A stretch of 64,000 bases of DNA, from the NCBI GenBank assembly GCA_022786605.1, contig JALFWW010000018.1:7558-71557 (forward strand), in the 5' to 3' direction. The notes below the pieces were generated by a model. It saw only the letters and a program-made list of their open reading frames with translations. It was not told the DNA's origin and did no database searches. Shown here one piece after another: positions 48,302 through 58,348 of the stretch. The number at the start of each line of letters is the position of its first letter. Within the stretch, counting starts at the first letter, position 1. The stretch is from Clostridia bacterium. GTDB taxonomy: Bacteria > Bacillota > Clostridia > Lachnospirales > Anaerotignaceae. Made by a program: the position numbers and the translations under genes.

Positions 48302-48886
48302 TTAGTCTAAAAACCGTTCGATTTCCGCCCAAAGTTCCTGTACACCTGTTTTCTTTTCCCCACTGAAAGGAATGAGCACATCATCAGGTCCCAGACCCAA
48401 TGTTTTCCGAATGACAGAAAGATGCTTTGGAATCTGGCTGCGGTTGATCTTATCGGATTTGGTTGCGGCAATGATGATGTCATAGCCGTAGTGTTTCAGC
48501 CAGTCATACATCATGATATCGTTTTTGCCGGGCTCATGGCGGATGTCAATGAGAAGGATGATAGCACGGAGTTCTTCCCGTTTCTGAAGATATTCCTCGA
48601 TCATCATGCCCCATTTGGCGATTTCTGTCTTAGGCGCCTTTGCATAGCCATATCCGGGCAAGTCTACCACATACATGCAGTCGTTAACGTCATAAAAATT
48701 GATGGTTCTTGTTTTGCCGGGCTGGGAGCTGGTACGGGCCAAGGCTTTTCTGCCCAGCATGGCATTGATGAGCGTAGATTTGCCTACGTTGGATTTGCCC
48801 GCGAAGGCAATTTCCACTTTGCCGTCTGTGGGATACTGGGAAAATTTCGTTCCCACTGCCGCCAGTGATGACTGTTTTACTTCCAT
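48302..48886 (-). CDS. engB: GTP-binding protein EngB/YihA/YsxC
   Basis: GKSNVGKS, PGKT, DLPGYGY, TKSDK. Confidence 0.96.
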   Translation of the reverse strand: MEVKQSSLAAVGTKFSQYPTDGKVEIAFAGKSNVGKSTLINAMLGRKALARTSSQPGKTRTINFYDVNDCMYVVDLPGYGYAKAPKTEIAKWGMMIEEYLQKREELRAIILLIDIRHEPGKNDIMMYDWLKHYGYDIIIAATKSDKINRSQIPKHLSVIRKTLGLGPDDVLIPFSGEKKTGVQELWAEIERFLD

Positions 48887-51222
48887 ACGCTTTCCCCTTT
48901 CGCCAGTGCGTGTTTCAGCACATCGTCCATTTCTTTTGCCAGAACGAATTCCAGCCCTTCTTTGATTTCATCGGAAATTTCCTGCAAATCTTTTTCGTTC
49001 TGTTTTGGCAGGATCACTGTTTTTACGCCGGCTTTTTTCGCCGCCAGCACTTTTTCCTGCAAACCGCCGATGGCAAGAACGCGGCCACGGATGGTCACTT
49101 CACCGGTCATTGCCACATCGTTCCGCACTTTCGCACCTGTCAGAGCAGAAAGCATGGCGGTGGTCATGGTGACACCGGCAGAGGGGCCGTCTTTCGGTGT
49201 TGCCCCTTCAGGAATATGGATATGCAGGTCTTGTTTTTTATAGAAATCCGGTTCCAATTTGAAACGGTCGCTCTGAGAGCGGATATAGCTGATAGCCGCT
49301 TCCGCCGATTCCTTCATGACTTTTCCCAGATTACCTGTCAGGCGGAATTTGCCGTCGCCGGGCATGTTGTTCACTTCCACGGAAAGAGTGGTGCCGCCTA
49401 CGGCTGTCCACGCCAGTCCACGCACGATACCCACCTGCGGTTCTTCATAAATGTGGTCCTCTGTGAATCTGGGTTTGCCCAGAATTTCTTCCAGATTTTT
49501 CGCTGTGACAGTCATGGATTTCTTTTCACCGCTGATGATGGCTTTCACAGCCTTCCGGCATACCTGACCGATGGTGCGTTCCAGCTGACGAACGCCGGCT
49601 TCTCTGGTGTAGCCGTCAATGATCATTTCCACAGCTTCTGGGCGAATCTTAAGCTGACTGCCTTTCAGCCCATGACGTTTCATCTGTTTTTTCACCAGAT
49701 GCTCTGTGGCGATATGCTGTTTTTCCGTTGCCGTATAACTGCCCAGTTCAATGATTTCCATTCTGTCACGGAGGGGACCGGGAATGGGTTCCAGACTGTT
49801 TGCGGTACACATGAACAGCACCTTGGACAAGTCATAGGGCATTTCCACATAATGGTCGCGGAAAGTGAAATTCTGTTCCCCATCCAGCACTTCCAGCAGT
49901 GCCGCCGCAGGGTCGCCGTTATAGGATACCCCCAGCTTGTCCACTTCATCCAACAGCATTAAAGGATTGATGGTGCCTACCTGTTTCATGGCGTTCATGA
50001 TACGACCGGGCATAGCGCCGATGTATGTTCTGCGGTGACCGCGGATTTCCGCCTCATCCTTCACGCCGCCCAAAGACATACGCACATATTTCCGATTCAG
50101 CGCCTTTGCCACAGAACGGGCAATAGAGGTTTTGCCCACACCGGGAGGGCCCACCAAACAAAGGATGGTAGCTTTTTCCTCAGGGGCGTTTTTCCGCACC
50201 GCCAGATATTCCAAAATACGTTCTTTCACTTTTTCCAGACCGTAATGGTCTTCGTCCAAAATTTCCGCCGCCTGTTTCAGATCGAAGGTTTCTTCGGTCA
50301 TTTCATTCCAAGGCAGGTTCAGCAATGTGTCGATATAACTGCGGGACACATTGGATTCGGGAGAAGTCACGGGAATCTTCATCATACGGTCAATTTCCTT
50401 CTCTACAGTTTTCCGCACTTCTTCAGGAGGGTTCTTTTCCTCCAGACGACGGCGAAATTCCGCAGCGTCAGCGCCGATGCCGTCTTTGTCCCCCAGTTCT
50501 TCCTGAATGACTTTCATTTCTTCTCTGAGGAAATATTCCCGCTGGTTTTTGTCGATGGCATCTTTTGTTTTGGCTTCGATCTCCCGTTTTACCCGCAGTA
50601 CCTGCTGTTCATAGCGCATGATTTCCATGACTGCCTGCAAACGGTCGTAAGGATTCAGGATTTCCAGAATCCGCTGTTTCCGGTCAAAAGAAATTTCCAG
50701 CCCCGCGCCGATGACGTCTGCCAGTTTGCCGGGCTTTCCTGCCGCCAGCACATTGGGCATCAAATCCACCGCTGTGGTATTGGGCACGAACTTGGCGTAT
50801 TCTTCATACAAATCCTGTGCGATGCGCATTTCCGCCGCTGTATGTACCTCCGGCAGTTCCGGGAAGTCCTGAGCAATGGTAGTGATGTTGGCATAATCAC
50901 ATTTGCGCTTATGCTGTATGGTTTCCAGTCTGCCGCGGGTCTGCCCTTCCACAATGACATGGGTCATGTTGCCGGGGAGCTTCAAAATCTGCTTGATGGT
51001 CGCCACTGTACCGAATTCGTACAGCCCCATCTGTTCGGGACTGGCGTCTTCCGGGTCACGCTGTGCCACCAGAAAAATGCGCTTATCCCCTTCGTCTGCC
51101 GCTTCCAGCGCATCCAGAGATTTCTGTCTGCCTACAGGGAAGCTGATTGCCATATTGGGAAATACCGTCAGACCTCTCAGGGCCATCATGGGTAATTGTA
51201 TTCTCTCTTTTGTTTCTATCAT
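48877..51222 (-). CDS. lon: ATP-dependent protease La
   Basis: GPPGVGKT, RGHRRTYIGA, PKDGPSAG; promoter TTGACC-17-TATAAT at 51265-51293. Confidence 0.97.
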   Translation of the reverse strand: MIETKERIQLPMMALRGLTVFPNMAISFPVGRQKSLDALEAADEGDKRIFLVAQRDPEDASPEQMGLYEFGTVATIKQILKLPGNMTHVIVEGQTRGRLETIQHKRKCDYANITTIAQDFPELPEVHTAAEMRIAQDLYEEYAKFVPNTTAVDLMPNVLAAGKPGKLADVIGAGLEISFDRKQRILEILNPYDRLQAVMEIMRYEQQVLRVKREIEAKTKDAIDKNQREYFLREEMKVIQEELGDKDGIGADAAEFRRRLEEKNPPEEVRKTVEKEIDRMMKIPVTSPESNVSRSYIDTLLNLPWNEMTEETFDLKQAAEILDEDHYGLEKVKERILEYLAVRKNAPEEKATILCLVGPPGVGKTSIARSVAKALNRKYVRMSLGGVKDEAEIRGHRRTYIGAMPGRIMNAMKQVGTINPLMLLDEVDKLGVSYNGDPAAALLEVLDGEQNFTFRDHYVEMPYDLSKVLFMCTANSLEPIPGPLRDRMEIIELGSYTATEKQHIATEHLVKKQMKRHGLKGSQLKIRPEAVEMIIDGYTREAGVRQLERTIGQVCRKAVKAIISGEKKSMTVTAKNLEEILGKPRFTEDHIYEEPQVGIVRGLAWTAVGGTTLSVEVNNMPGDGKFRLTGNLGKVMKESAEAAISYIRSQSDRFKLEPDFYKKQDLHIHIPEGATPKDGPSAGVTMTTAMLSALTGAKVRNDVAMTGEVTIRGRVLAIGGLQEKVLAAKKAGVKTVILPKQNEKDLQEISDEIKEGLEFVLAKEMDDVLKHALAKGESVWK

Positions 51223-51438
51223 CTATTTCACCTCTATCTCATAGGCTTTTTGCCTAATTAAATTATTATACAACAGAACTGACTTTCGGTCAATTCCTAC
51301 TGATACACAAGGTTATATTTTTTATAAGAAATCCTTACATTTGCAGCAACTGTCTTGCCTTTCTTCTTTCGTCATCTTAAAATGTTCTTATAAAGAAACA
51401 CGCAAATTCCTCTGAGGAAACAAAAAGGGGGCATTTTT

Positions 51439-52197
51439 ATGGAACGCATACGAGAGGAATACAAAAAACTGTCAAGGTTCGCCGTGCTCTTTGTCATTCC
51501 ATGGCTGATTCTTTTCAATCTGTTGTTATGCTGGCTGGATATGACTTTTCCAAAATTGCCTCTGCCTTTGTTTTTACTGCTTTACGTTCTCATACTCGCC
51601 ACCATATTCTCTCTGGGATATGTCTGCGGCAAAAGGCGCTGTCCTGTTCTGGCACTGGCTGCGGGCTGTTTGCAATATCTCCTCTACAATCTGCTCTCCT
51701 TCCTGCCCGTTTCCTTGGGATTGGAACATTCCTGGCAATGGAGTGAAGTTCTGCTACCTCTGTCATCCCTGATACTGCCTTTGGTTCTATTGATTTTTAT
51801 GGGCATGGGGTATCTGAGCGGACGGTCTACTGCCCCCAAAGCAGACGAAGTCAAAAAAGCCTATCAACCGCTTTTTCCGAAAGCATATCTGCTTTATCTG
51901 GTGCCATGGATGCTGCCTCTGATTTATGGTTTTGAAGGAACCAGAATACAAAACCTCCCCTTCTTTGTCATGCCGCTTTTGCTCTGCGGCATATTTCTGG
52001 CGCTGTTTCTCATTTCTCTGGGATGCAAAAAGAAATTTCTGCTCTTTGGCATGGGATTACAGCTTTGTTACCTGATCCTTGGGGCATTGCATCTGGATAT
52101 GACGGGCATCTTTTTCTCACTGTTTTTCCTGCCTTGTATCTCACCTTTTTTCGTTGTACAAATCATGGGCTGCCATCTGGGAAAAACAGCTGACTAA
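51439..52197 (+). CDS. hypothetical membrane protein with internal two-fold repeat
   Basis: About 8 TM; RBS AAGGGGG; the two halves align. Confidence 0.7.
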   Translation: MERIREEYKKLSRFAVLFVIPWLILFNLLLCWLDMTFPKLPLPLFLLLYVLILATIFSLGYVCGKRRCPVLALAAGCLQYLLYNLLSFLPVSLGLEHSWQWSEVLLPLSSLILPLVLLIFMGMGYLSGRSTAPKADEVKKAYQPLFPKAYLLYLVPWMLPLIYGFEGTRIQNLPFFVMPLLLCGIFLALFLISLGCKKKFLLFGMGLQLCYLILGALHLDMTGIFFSLFFLPCISPFFVVQIMGCHLGKTAD

Positions 52198-52206
52198 CAT
52201 AAAAAA

Positions 52207-52268
52207 TCTTCATCAGAAAACAAAAGAAAGCCAAAACCCTTATGATTACAAAGGATTTTGGCTTTCTT
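52207..52268. repeat. dispersed palindromic repeat, copy C (reverse orientation)
   Basis: Reverse complement AAGAAAGCCAAAATCCTTTGTAATCATAAGGGTTTTGGCTTTCTTTTGTTTTCTGATGAAGAT. Confidence 0.7.
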
Positions 52269-52319
52269 ATTTTATTGAGATTTTATTTGTTATGTTTTCT
52301 TAAGGGGAAGTTGCTTTCC

Positions 52320-53984
52320 TTATTTTTGCAGTCCTTCCGCCGTCAAAATCCCTCTTTGGGGCATGCCTGTCTGCTTTTCTTCTTTCTTGGCAAAGACCAT
52401 TTCCAAGAGTTCACTGATTTCCTCCACGGGAACCACTTCCAGTCCCATCCGCTCATATCTTGCCTGCCAATTTGCCTTAGGGATATAGGCACGGGTCACG
52501 CCGGCTTCTTCTGCCGCCTGCAATTTCTCCGTGACACCACCCACAGGCAGTATGTTCCCTGTCAGGGAAATTTCTCCTGTCAGAGCCACATCTCCCGGCA
52601 CCGCCGTTCCCGTAAAAGCGGAATACGCCGCCAGAAACATGGATGTGCCTGCCGAAGGTCCATCCACAGGCATGCCGCCGGGGAAATTCATATGGACGGC
52701 ATACTGGCTCCCATCAAAACCGAAGCTCTCCAGCACCGTCAGCACATTTTCCGCGGAACTGCGGGCATTGCTTTTTCTTTTGCTGACGCCATGGGGACTG
52801 CGGATTTCTTCTTCCTCCACAATGCCCGTCACCTGCAAATGAGGGGCTGCGCTTTTTTGCATTTTCACTTCCACCGTCAGCACAGCGCCGCCCATTCCAC
52901 CTGTAACAGCCAGACCATTCACAACGCCCACACGGGGCACAGCCGTCACTTTCTGACGGGGATAAGGCTGATAATGACCCGCTTCCGCCACCCATTCCAA
53001 GTCCGCACTGCCCACCCAGTTCCGCCCCTTCATTTCTGCCAGAGAAGCCAAGGACTGCACCAGCCGCACCGTATCTCTGCCGCCGCCGGCATAAAGGGCA
53101 ATTTTTCCGCATAGACCATCTTCGTATTGCAGCCCCACCCGTTCCATACTGTCCGCGGCGATCTGTTCCACGGCTTCTGGACGCAGACCATCAAAGAAAA
53201 TCTCCGTACAACGGGAACGCAGTGCCGCCGGCAATTCCGAGGGATTTCTGGTGGTGGCGCCAATGAGGCGAAAATCCGCCGGAATACCATTCTGGAAAAT
53301 CTCATGGATATAAGGAGGAATCCGCTTGTTTTCCCGACTGTAATAACTGCTCTGGAACTTTGCCACACGATCTTCCAGCACCTTCAGCAAGCGATTCATC
53401 TGGATGGGATGGAGTTCCCCGATTTCATCAATGAACAGCACACCGCCGTTGGCTTCACTGACAGCGCCGGGCTGGGGACGTGGAATGCCCATCTGACCGA
53501 AAGCCCCTGCCCCCTGATAAATGGGGTCATGGACAGAGCCCAAAAGAGGGTCCGCGATGCTCCGCTCGTCAAACTGCAATGTGGTGGCATCCACTTCCAC
53601 AAATCTCGCCTTTTCAGAGAAAGGGGAATTCCGCCGACCTTTGGCTTCCTCCAGCACCAGTCTTGCCGCCGCTGTTTTGCCTACACCGGGCGGACCGTAA
53701 ATGATGATATGCTGGGGATTTGGACCGCAGAGAGCCGCTCTAAGGGCACGGATGCCTCGTTCCTGCCCCACGATTTCTCCCAATGATTTGGGACGGGTCT
53801 GTTCCGTCAGTGGTTCCGTCAGTCCCACCTGCCGCATGGCATCCAGCTTTTCCATCTCCCGCTCGTTCTCCTCCATGGAAACGCCATCTCGTCCCCCTTT
53901 GCGTCTGGAACCGCTCCGCAGGAAATACCACGCCCCCAAGAGGAAAAACAACATTTGTGCAAAAAATAAAAACCATCCGCTCAC
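52320..53984 (-). CDS. lonB: sporulation-type Lon-like protease LonB
   Basis: N-terminal TM, LTEQTRP, GPPGVGKT, DGPSAG; GTG start after AGGAGG. Confidence 0.88.
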   Translation of the reverse strand: MSGWFLFFAQMLFFLLGAWYFLRSGSRRKGGRDGVSMEENEREMEKLDAMRQVGLTEPLTEQTRPKSLGEIVGQERGIRALRAALCGPNPQHIIIYGPPGVGKTAAARLVLEEAKGRRNSPFSEKARFVEVDATTLQFDERSIADPLLGSVHDPIYQGAGAFGQMGIPRPQPGAVSEANGGVLFIDEIGELHPIQMNRLLKVLEDRVAKFQSSYYSRENKRIPPYIHEIFQNGIPADFRLIGATTRNPSELPAALRSRCTEIFFDGLRPEAVEQIAADSMERVGLQYEDGLCGKIALYAGGGRDTVRLVQSLASLAEMKGRNWVGSADLEWVAEAGHYQPYPRQKVTAVPRVGVVNGLAVTGGMGGAVLTVEVKMQKSAAPHLQVTGIVEEEEIRSPHGVSKRKSNARSSAENVLTVLESFGFDGSQYAVHMNFPGGMPVDGPSAGTSMFLAAYSAFTGTAVPGDVALTGEISLTGNILPVGGVTEKLQAAEEAGVTRAYIPKANWQARYERMGLEVVPVEEISELLEMVFAKKEEKQTGMPQRGILTAEGLQK

Positions 53985-54034
53985 ATCCACGCCTCCTTTT
54001 TCTATAGAGGTAGTATGTGCCGAATGGTTATTTT

Positions 54035-54574
54035 TCATACGCCGGAAATGGTAACATCATGCAGTTCCCAATCTTCCGCGGGCACGTTGCCTTCCGTGAT
54101 AGAAAATATAAAATCGTCTGTGCTGTCCGGCAGATATTCATCATCATAGTATTCCCAATAATCCATATAAGGATCGCCATAATGCTCATATCTGTGATAC
54201 TGCTCATACTGCACCGCGTTGGCAATCATACCGATGAAAAACAGCATCGCGCCAACAGTCAGGACAATGCCAATGGCAATATAAATGAGGGCTGCCCGAG
54301 AGAAATTCCGGCGGTTCACATTGCCGTTTTTCCCAAATGCCCATAGAAGCAGCACCACCAGATTCACCACAGGGATACACATGATCAAAAACATGATCAA
54401 ATAACCGCCCATGGTAATGGGCTCCTGATCCAGTTCCTCTTTCTTCTGACTTTCTTCATGGGGTGCTTTGGGCTGTTCTGCCGCGCTTTCTGCTGTAATG
54501 GGCTTGCCGCAGACTGTACAGAACCGGTCCTCCTCGCCTACAGAAGCGCCGCAATGGTTGCAGAATTTTGACAT
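54035..54574 (-). CDS. zinc-ribbon membrane protein
   Basis: FCNHCG...FCTVCG; IPVVNLVVLLLWAFG. Confidence 0.75.
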   Translation of the reverse strand: MSKFCNHCGASVGEEDRFCTVCGKPITAESAAEQPKAPHEESQKKEELDQEPITMGGYLIMFLIMCIPVVNLVVLLLWAFGKNGNVNRRNFSRAALIYIAIGIVLTVGAMLFFIGMIANAVQYEQYHRYEHYGDPYMDYWEYYDDEYLPDSTDDFIFSITEGNVPAEDWELHDVTISGV

Positions 54575-54674
54575 ATTCTTCTCCCCCTTCCCTTTTCCTG
54601 AATTTTTTTATAGTATATCACATTTTACTGCCGCAATCTTTCATTTTTTCTTACAAAACTTTTTTTATTTTCCA

Positions 54675-54729
54675 TTGTAAACCATTTTATATCATTTTAG
54701 TTGACTTTTAGAAACAAAAAGCGTATCCT
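54675..54729 (+). promoter_or_regulatory. candidate BirA operator overlapping the bioY promoter
   Basis: TTGTAAACC-N15-AGTTGACTT; -35 TTGACT 54701-54706, 17 bp, -10 TATCCT. Confidence 0.6.
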
Positions 54730-54759
54730 CCTTTCAGAAAGAAAAAGGAGGCGTCTGCC

Positions 54760-55287
54760 ATGACAAAAACACGCACACTGACCATGACCGCGCTGATGAC
54801 AGCTATCATTTGTATATTCGCGCCCATATCCATTCCCATACCCATCAGTCCTGTCGCTTTGACGCTGGGCACATTCGCCATGTATCTGACTGCCTATGTA
54901 CTGCCCCCCAGACAAGCGCTGGCTGCTATCGGTCTTTATCTGCTTTTGGGTGCCGCGGGACTGCCTGTTTTCTCCGGCTACACGGCTGGGCTTTCCCGTT
55001 TTGCCGCTCCCGGCGGCGGGTACCTCATTGGATTTCTGTTCCTGACAGGCATCAGCAGTCTGTTTATTTCCCGTTTCCCTAAAAATATCCCTGCACAGAT
55101 GGGCGGCATGTTTCTGGCGACCCTCATTACCTATACATTGGGTACCGCATGGATGGCGTACCTGACAAACACCACATTTTTACAATCCCTGCCCATGGGG
55201 GCGCTGGTGTTCCTGCCCTTGGATATTGTCAAAATCATCATTGCCTGTCTGCTGGGCAACCGCATCCGTGATTATCTTCATATGTAA
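54760..55287 (+). CDS. bioY: biotin ECF transporter S component
   Basis: YLLLGAAGLPVFSG, GGYLIGF, FLPLDIVK. Confidence 0.92.
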   Translation: MTKTRTLTMTALMTAIICIFAPISIPIPISPVALTLGTFAMYLTAYVLPPRQALAAIGLYLLLGAAGLPVFSGYTAGLSRFAAPGGGYLIGFLFLTGISSLFISRFPKNIPAQMGGMFLATLITYTLGTAWMAYLTNTTFLQSLPMGALVFLPLDIVKIIIACLLGNRIRDYLHM

Positions 55288-55335
55288 ACAAAAAAAGAGA
55301 GAACTTCCTGTACTCAAGCAGGAATTCTCTCTTTT

Positions 55336-56688
55336 TTACAATACAAGCCACTGCGCCACATTGAAGAAAATCACCAGCGCCACAGCGTCCACCACAGTGG
55401 TAATCAAGGGACCAGCCATGATGGCAGGGTCTAATTTACAAACTTTCGCGCCAATAGGCAGGACACAGCCCATGGCTTTTGCCACAACAACCACAAAGCC
55501 CATGCTGACAGAAACGGTCAGATCCACCATAATATCCGTGGAGGGACTGAAAATAGTCTGTTTCACGAAGTTCAGGGCTGCCAGAAGGACACCGCAGATC
55601 ATGCCCACCTGGACTTCTTTGCCTACGACCCGCAGAACATCCCTCGGTCGAATATCACCCAAGGACATCCCACGAATGATGGTGGCAGAGGTCTGGGAAC
55701 CGGCATTGCCGCCAGTACCTGTCAGGACAGGGATAAATGCTGCCAGCTGCACCGCCTGACTGAGGATGGCGTCATAGCCGGAAATGATGGCACTGCTGAG
55801 GGTACCGGAAATCATCAGTACACAGAGCCACACAATACGGTTTCTTGCCAGTTTTGTCACAGGTGTTTTCAGATATTCTTCATCGGAAGGCAGCAACGCC
55901 GCCATTTTTTCCATATCTTCCGTGGTTTCTTCGTCGATAACGTCCACGATGTCGTCTACGGTGATGATGCCCACCAGACGGTTTTCCCCGTCTACTACAG
56001 GCAGGGCGATAAAGCTGTATTTTCGGAACAGATTTGCCGCTTCTTCCTGGTCATCCAAAGTGGCAATGGAGATGACATCTTCCTCCATGAGTTCTTCCAC
56101 CAATTTATCCTCATCGGCAAAGAGCAGTGTCCTGAGGGGCAATACCCCCACCAGATGCTTTTTGTCGTCGATAACGTAACAGGTGTAAATGGTTTCTTTA
56201 TCCAAACCGTTTTTGCGGATGATTTCCATAGCGCGCTTTGCCGTCATGGTTTTGGAAAGGTATACAAACTCTACGGTCATCAAACTTCCGGCGGAGTTTT
56301 CGGGATAATGCAGGAAACGGTTGATGAGGGCACGGGTTTCCCTGTCCGTATTGCGCAGGACTTTATTCACCAGATTGGCAGGCGCTTCCTCCAGAAAGTC
56401 GATGGTATCGTCCAGATACATATTATCCACAATGTTCCGTACTTCCGTATCCGTAATAGATGTGACCAGCATTTCCTGGGTGTCGTTATCCAGAAAAGAG
56501 AATGCTTCTGCCGCCATATCCTTAGACAGCAGACGGAAGAGGAACAATTGCTTATCTGCCGGCAGTTCTTCCAGAAATTCCGCCACGTTGGCAGGATTTT
56601 CTTCATTCAGTTCTTCCCGCAGCAGGATATACTGTCCTTTTTCCATGAGTTCCTGCCACTTTTCCACCGTTTCATTCCATTCTTCCAT
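55336..56688 (-). CDS. mgtE: magnesium transporter MgtE (copy 2)
   Basis: N-domain, CBS pair, GTGGNAGSQ, DPAIMAGPLITTVVD. Confidence 0.95.
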   Translation of the reverse strand: MEEWNETVEKWQELMEKGQYILLREELNEENPANVAEFLEELPADKQLFLFRLLSKDMAAEAFSFLDNDTQEMLVTSITDTEVRNIVDNMYLDDTIDFLEEAPANLVNKVLRNTDRETRALINRFLHYPENSAGSLMTVEFVYLSKTMTAKRAMEIIRKNGLDKETIYTCYVIDDKKHLVGVLPLRTLLFADEDKLVEELMEEDVISIATLDDQEEAANLFRKYSFIALPVVDGENRLVGIITVDDIVDVIDEETTEDMEKMAALLPSDEEYLKTPVTKLARNRIVWLCVLMISGTLSSAIISGYDAILSQAVQLAAFIPVLTGTGGNAGSQTSATIIRGMSLGDIRPRDVLRVVGKEVQVGMICGVLLAALNFVKQTIFSPSTDIMVDLTVSVSMGFVVVVAKAMGCVLPIGAKVCKLDPAIMAGPLITTVVDAVALVIFFNVAQWLVL

Positions 56689-56723
56689 GTCACACCTCCT
56701 TCGGAATCTAGATTCTCATGTTT

Positions 56724-58076
56724 TTACAGCAACAGCATGGTTGCGATGCTGAAATAAATAATCAGCGCCACAGCGTCCACCAGTGTGGAGATCAAAGGAC
56801 CTGCCATCATGGCCGGGTCTACCTTCAAAATCTTTGCCAAAATAGGCAGGGTACAGCCGATGGTCTTGGAAAGCACCACAACTGCCGCCATACTGATGGA
56901 AACGGTAAAGTCTACCAAAAAGCCCGTACTTGGGCTGAAAAATGTCATGCGCACCATATTGACTGCCCCCAAGGCAATGCCGCAGAGGGCGCCAACCCGA
57001 ACTTCTTTCCAGACAACCCGGAGCACGTCTTTCACTTCGATCTCTCCCAGCGCCATACCACGAATGATCATAGTGGAAGCCTGAGAGCCCGCGTTCCCCC
57101 CTGTACCTGTGATGATGGTGATGAAACTGGAGAGTGCCATAACCGTTGCCAATAATGTTTCATAATGGCTGATGACAAGAGAACTTAAGGTACCGGATAC
57201 CATCAGTACGCATAGCCACACAATACGGTTTCGTGCCAGCTTCAGGACGGGGGTTTTCAGATATTCTTCATCGGAAGGCAGCAATGCCGCCATTTTTTCC
57301 ATATCTTCCGTGGTTTCCTGTTCGATAACGTCCACGATATCGTCCACGGTGATGATGCCCACCAGACGGTTTTCCAAGTCCGTCACAGGCAGTGCCATCC
57401 AGTTATACTTCTTGAAGATCTGTGCAACTTCTTCCTGGTCGTCGGTGGTGTGTACAGACACCACGTCTTCTTCCATCAAGTCCTGTACCAGTTCTTCATC
57501 CTTTGCGCAAATCAGCGTTCTAAGGGGTACCACGCCGATGAGTTTCCGCTGGGCGTCGATGACATAACAGGTATAGATGGTTTCCTTATCCATGCCTGTC
57601 CGCTTGATCTGCTTCATGGCAACATCTACGGTCATACCGCCACGCAGCTTCACAAACTCGATGGTCATCAAGCTGCCGGCGGAATTTTCCGGGTAATTCA
57701 AAAAGCGGTTGATGAGTGCCCGGGTTTCCGCGTCGGTGTTGCGCAGCACCTTTTTCACCAGATTGGCAGGTGCTTCTTCCAGAAAGTCCACTGTATCGTC
57801 CAGGAACATTTCGTCTACGATGTTGCGCACTTCTTTATCTGTAATGGAATGAACGATATGTTCCTGGGTGTCGCTGTCCATATAGGAAAATACTTCCGCC
57901 GCCATGTCTTTGGTCAGCAGACGGAAAATGAAAAGCTGTTTTTCCGCAGACAGTTCCTCGAAGTATTCCGCCAAATCGGCGGCGTTTTCCTCGTTCAATT
58001 CCTGTTTTAGCTGTATATATGCCCCTTTGTCCACCAGTTCATTGAAATGGTCAAAGAGCGTCTGCATTTCCTCCAC
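56724..58076 (-). CDS. mgtE: magnesium transporter MgtE (copy 1)
   Basis: Same architecture; DPAMMAGPLISTLVD; GTG start after GAGGTG. Confidence 0.95.
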   Translation of the reverse strand: MEEMQTLFDHFNELVDKGAYIQLKQELNEENAADLAEYFEELSAEKQLFIFRLLTKDMAAEVFSYMDSDTQEHIVHSITDKEVRNIVDEMFLDDTVDFLEEAPANLVKKVLRNTDAETRALINRFLNYPENSAGSLMTIEFVKLRGGMTVDVAMKQIKRTGMDKETIYTCYVIDAQRKLIGVVPLRTLICAKDEELVQDLMEEDVVSVHTTDDQEEVAQIFKKYNWMALPVTDLENRLVGIITVDDIVDVIEQETTEDMEKMAALLPSDEEYLKTPVLKLARNRIVWLCVLMVSGTLSSLVISHYETLLATVMALSSFITIITGTGGNAGSQASTMIIRGMALGEIEVKDVLRVVWKEVRVGALCGIALGAVNMVRMTFFSPSTGFLVDFTVSISMAAVVVLSKTIGCTLPILAKILKVDPAMMAGPLISTLVDAVALIIYFSIATMLLL

Positions 58077-58103
58077 TGTTTTTCACCTCGTTTTTCAGAC
58101 AAT

Positions 58104-58133
58104 AAAAAAACACCATTGTCTTTGCAAAAGTGT
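58104..58133 (-). terminator. candidate attenuator terminator in the mgtE leader
   Basis: ACACTTTTG-caaaga-CAATGGTGT (8 of 9 pairs, one G-U) followed by a T-run, upstream of the mgtE RBS. Confidence 0.45.
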
Positions 58134-58190
58134 CAGCAGAAAATGTCGTCATACAAATTTTTCGAAAAACGCGCACAGAAAAGCAAGCCC

Positions 58191-58298
58191 CTATTTCACC
58201 ATAGGAAAAAAGGAACCAAAAGGATGCGACATTTCCGCTGTGATATTCAAATACCATCGCTCAGGACCCAAAGGGATACTCTCGCTGCTGCCGTCCAT
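58191..58298 (-). CDS. putative 35-aa mgtE leader peptide
   Basis: GGAGGTG RBS, 6 nt, ATG; MDGSSESIPLGPERWYLNITAEMSHPFGSFFPMVK*; four Pro codons, all CCT. Confidence 0.6.
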   Translation of the reverse strand: MDGSSESIPLGPERWYLNITAEMSHPFGSFFPMVK

Positions 58299-58348
58299 TC
58301 GGTTCACCTCCGTCAATGCTTTCTTGCCTGTCATTTTACTCCATATTT

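Noticed and set aside
51265-51300. CtsR or CIRCE heat-shock operator before lon
   Set aside because: Only a single GGTCAA, which is the -35 itself; no heptad direct repeat or CIRCE palindrome
8872-52268. Palindromic repeats as CRISPR repeats
   Set aside because: Isolated copies kilobases apart, with no spacers and no cas genes
58090-58340. M-box riboswitch upstream of mgtE
   Set aside because: Conserved ykoK motifs not recognised by eye; a leader ORF explains the region better
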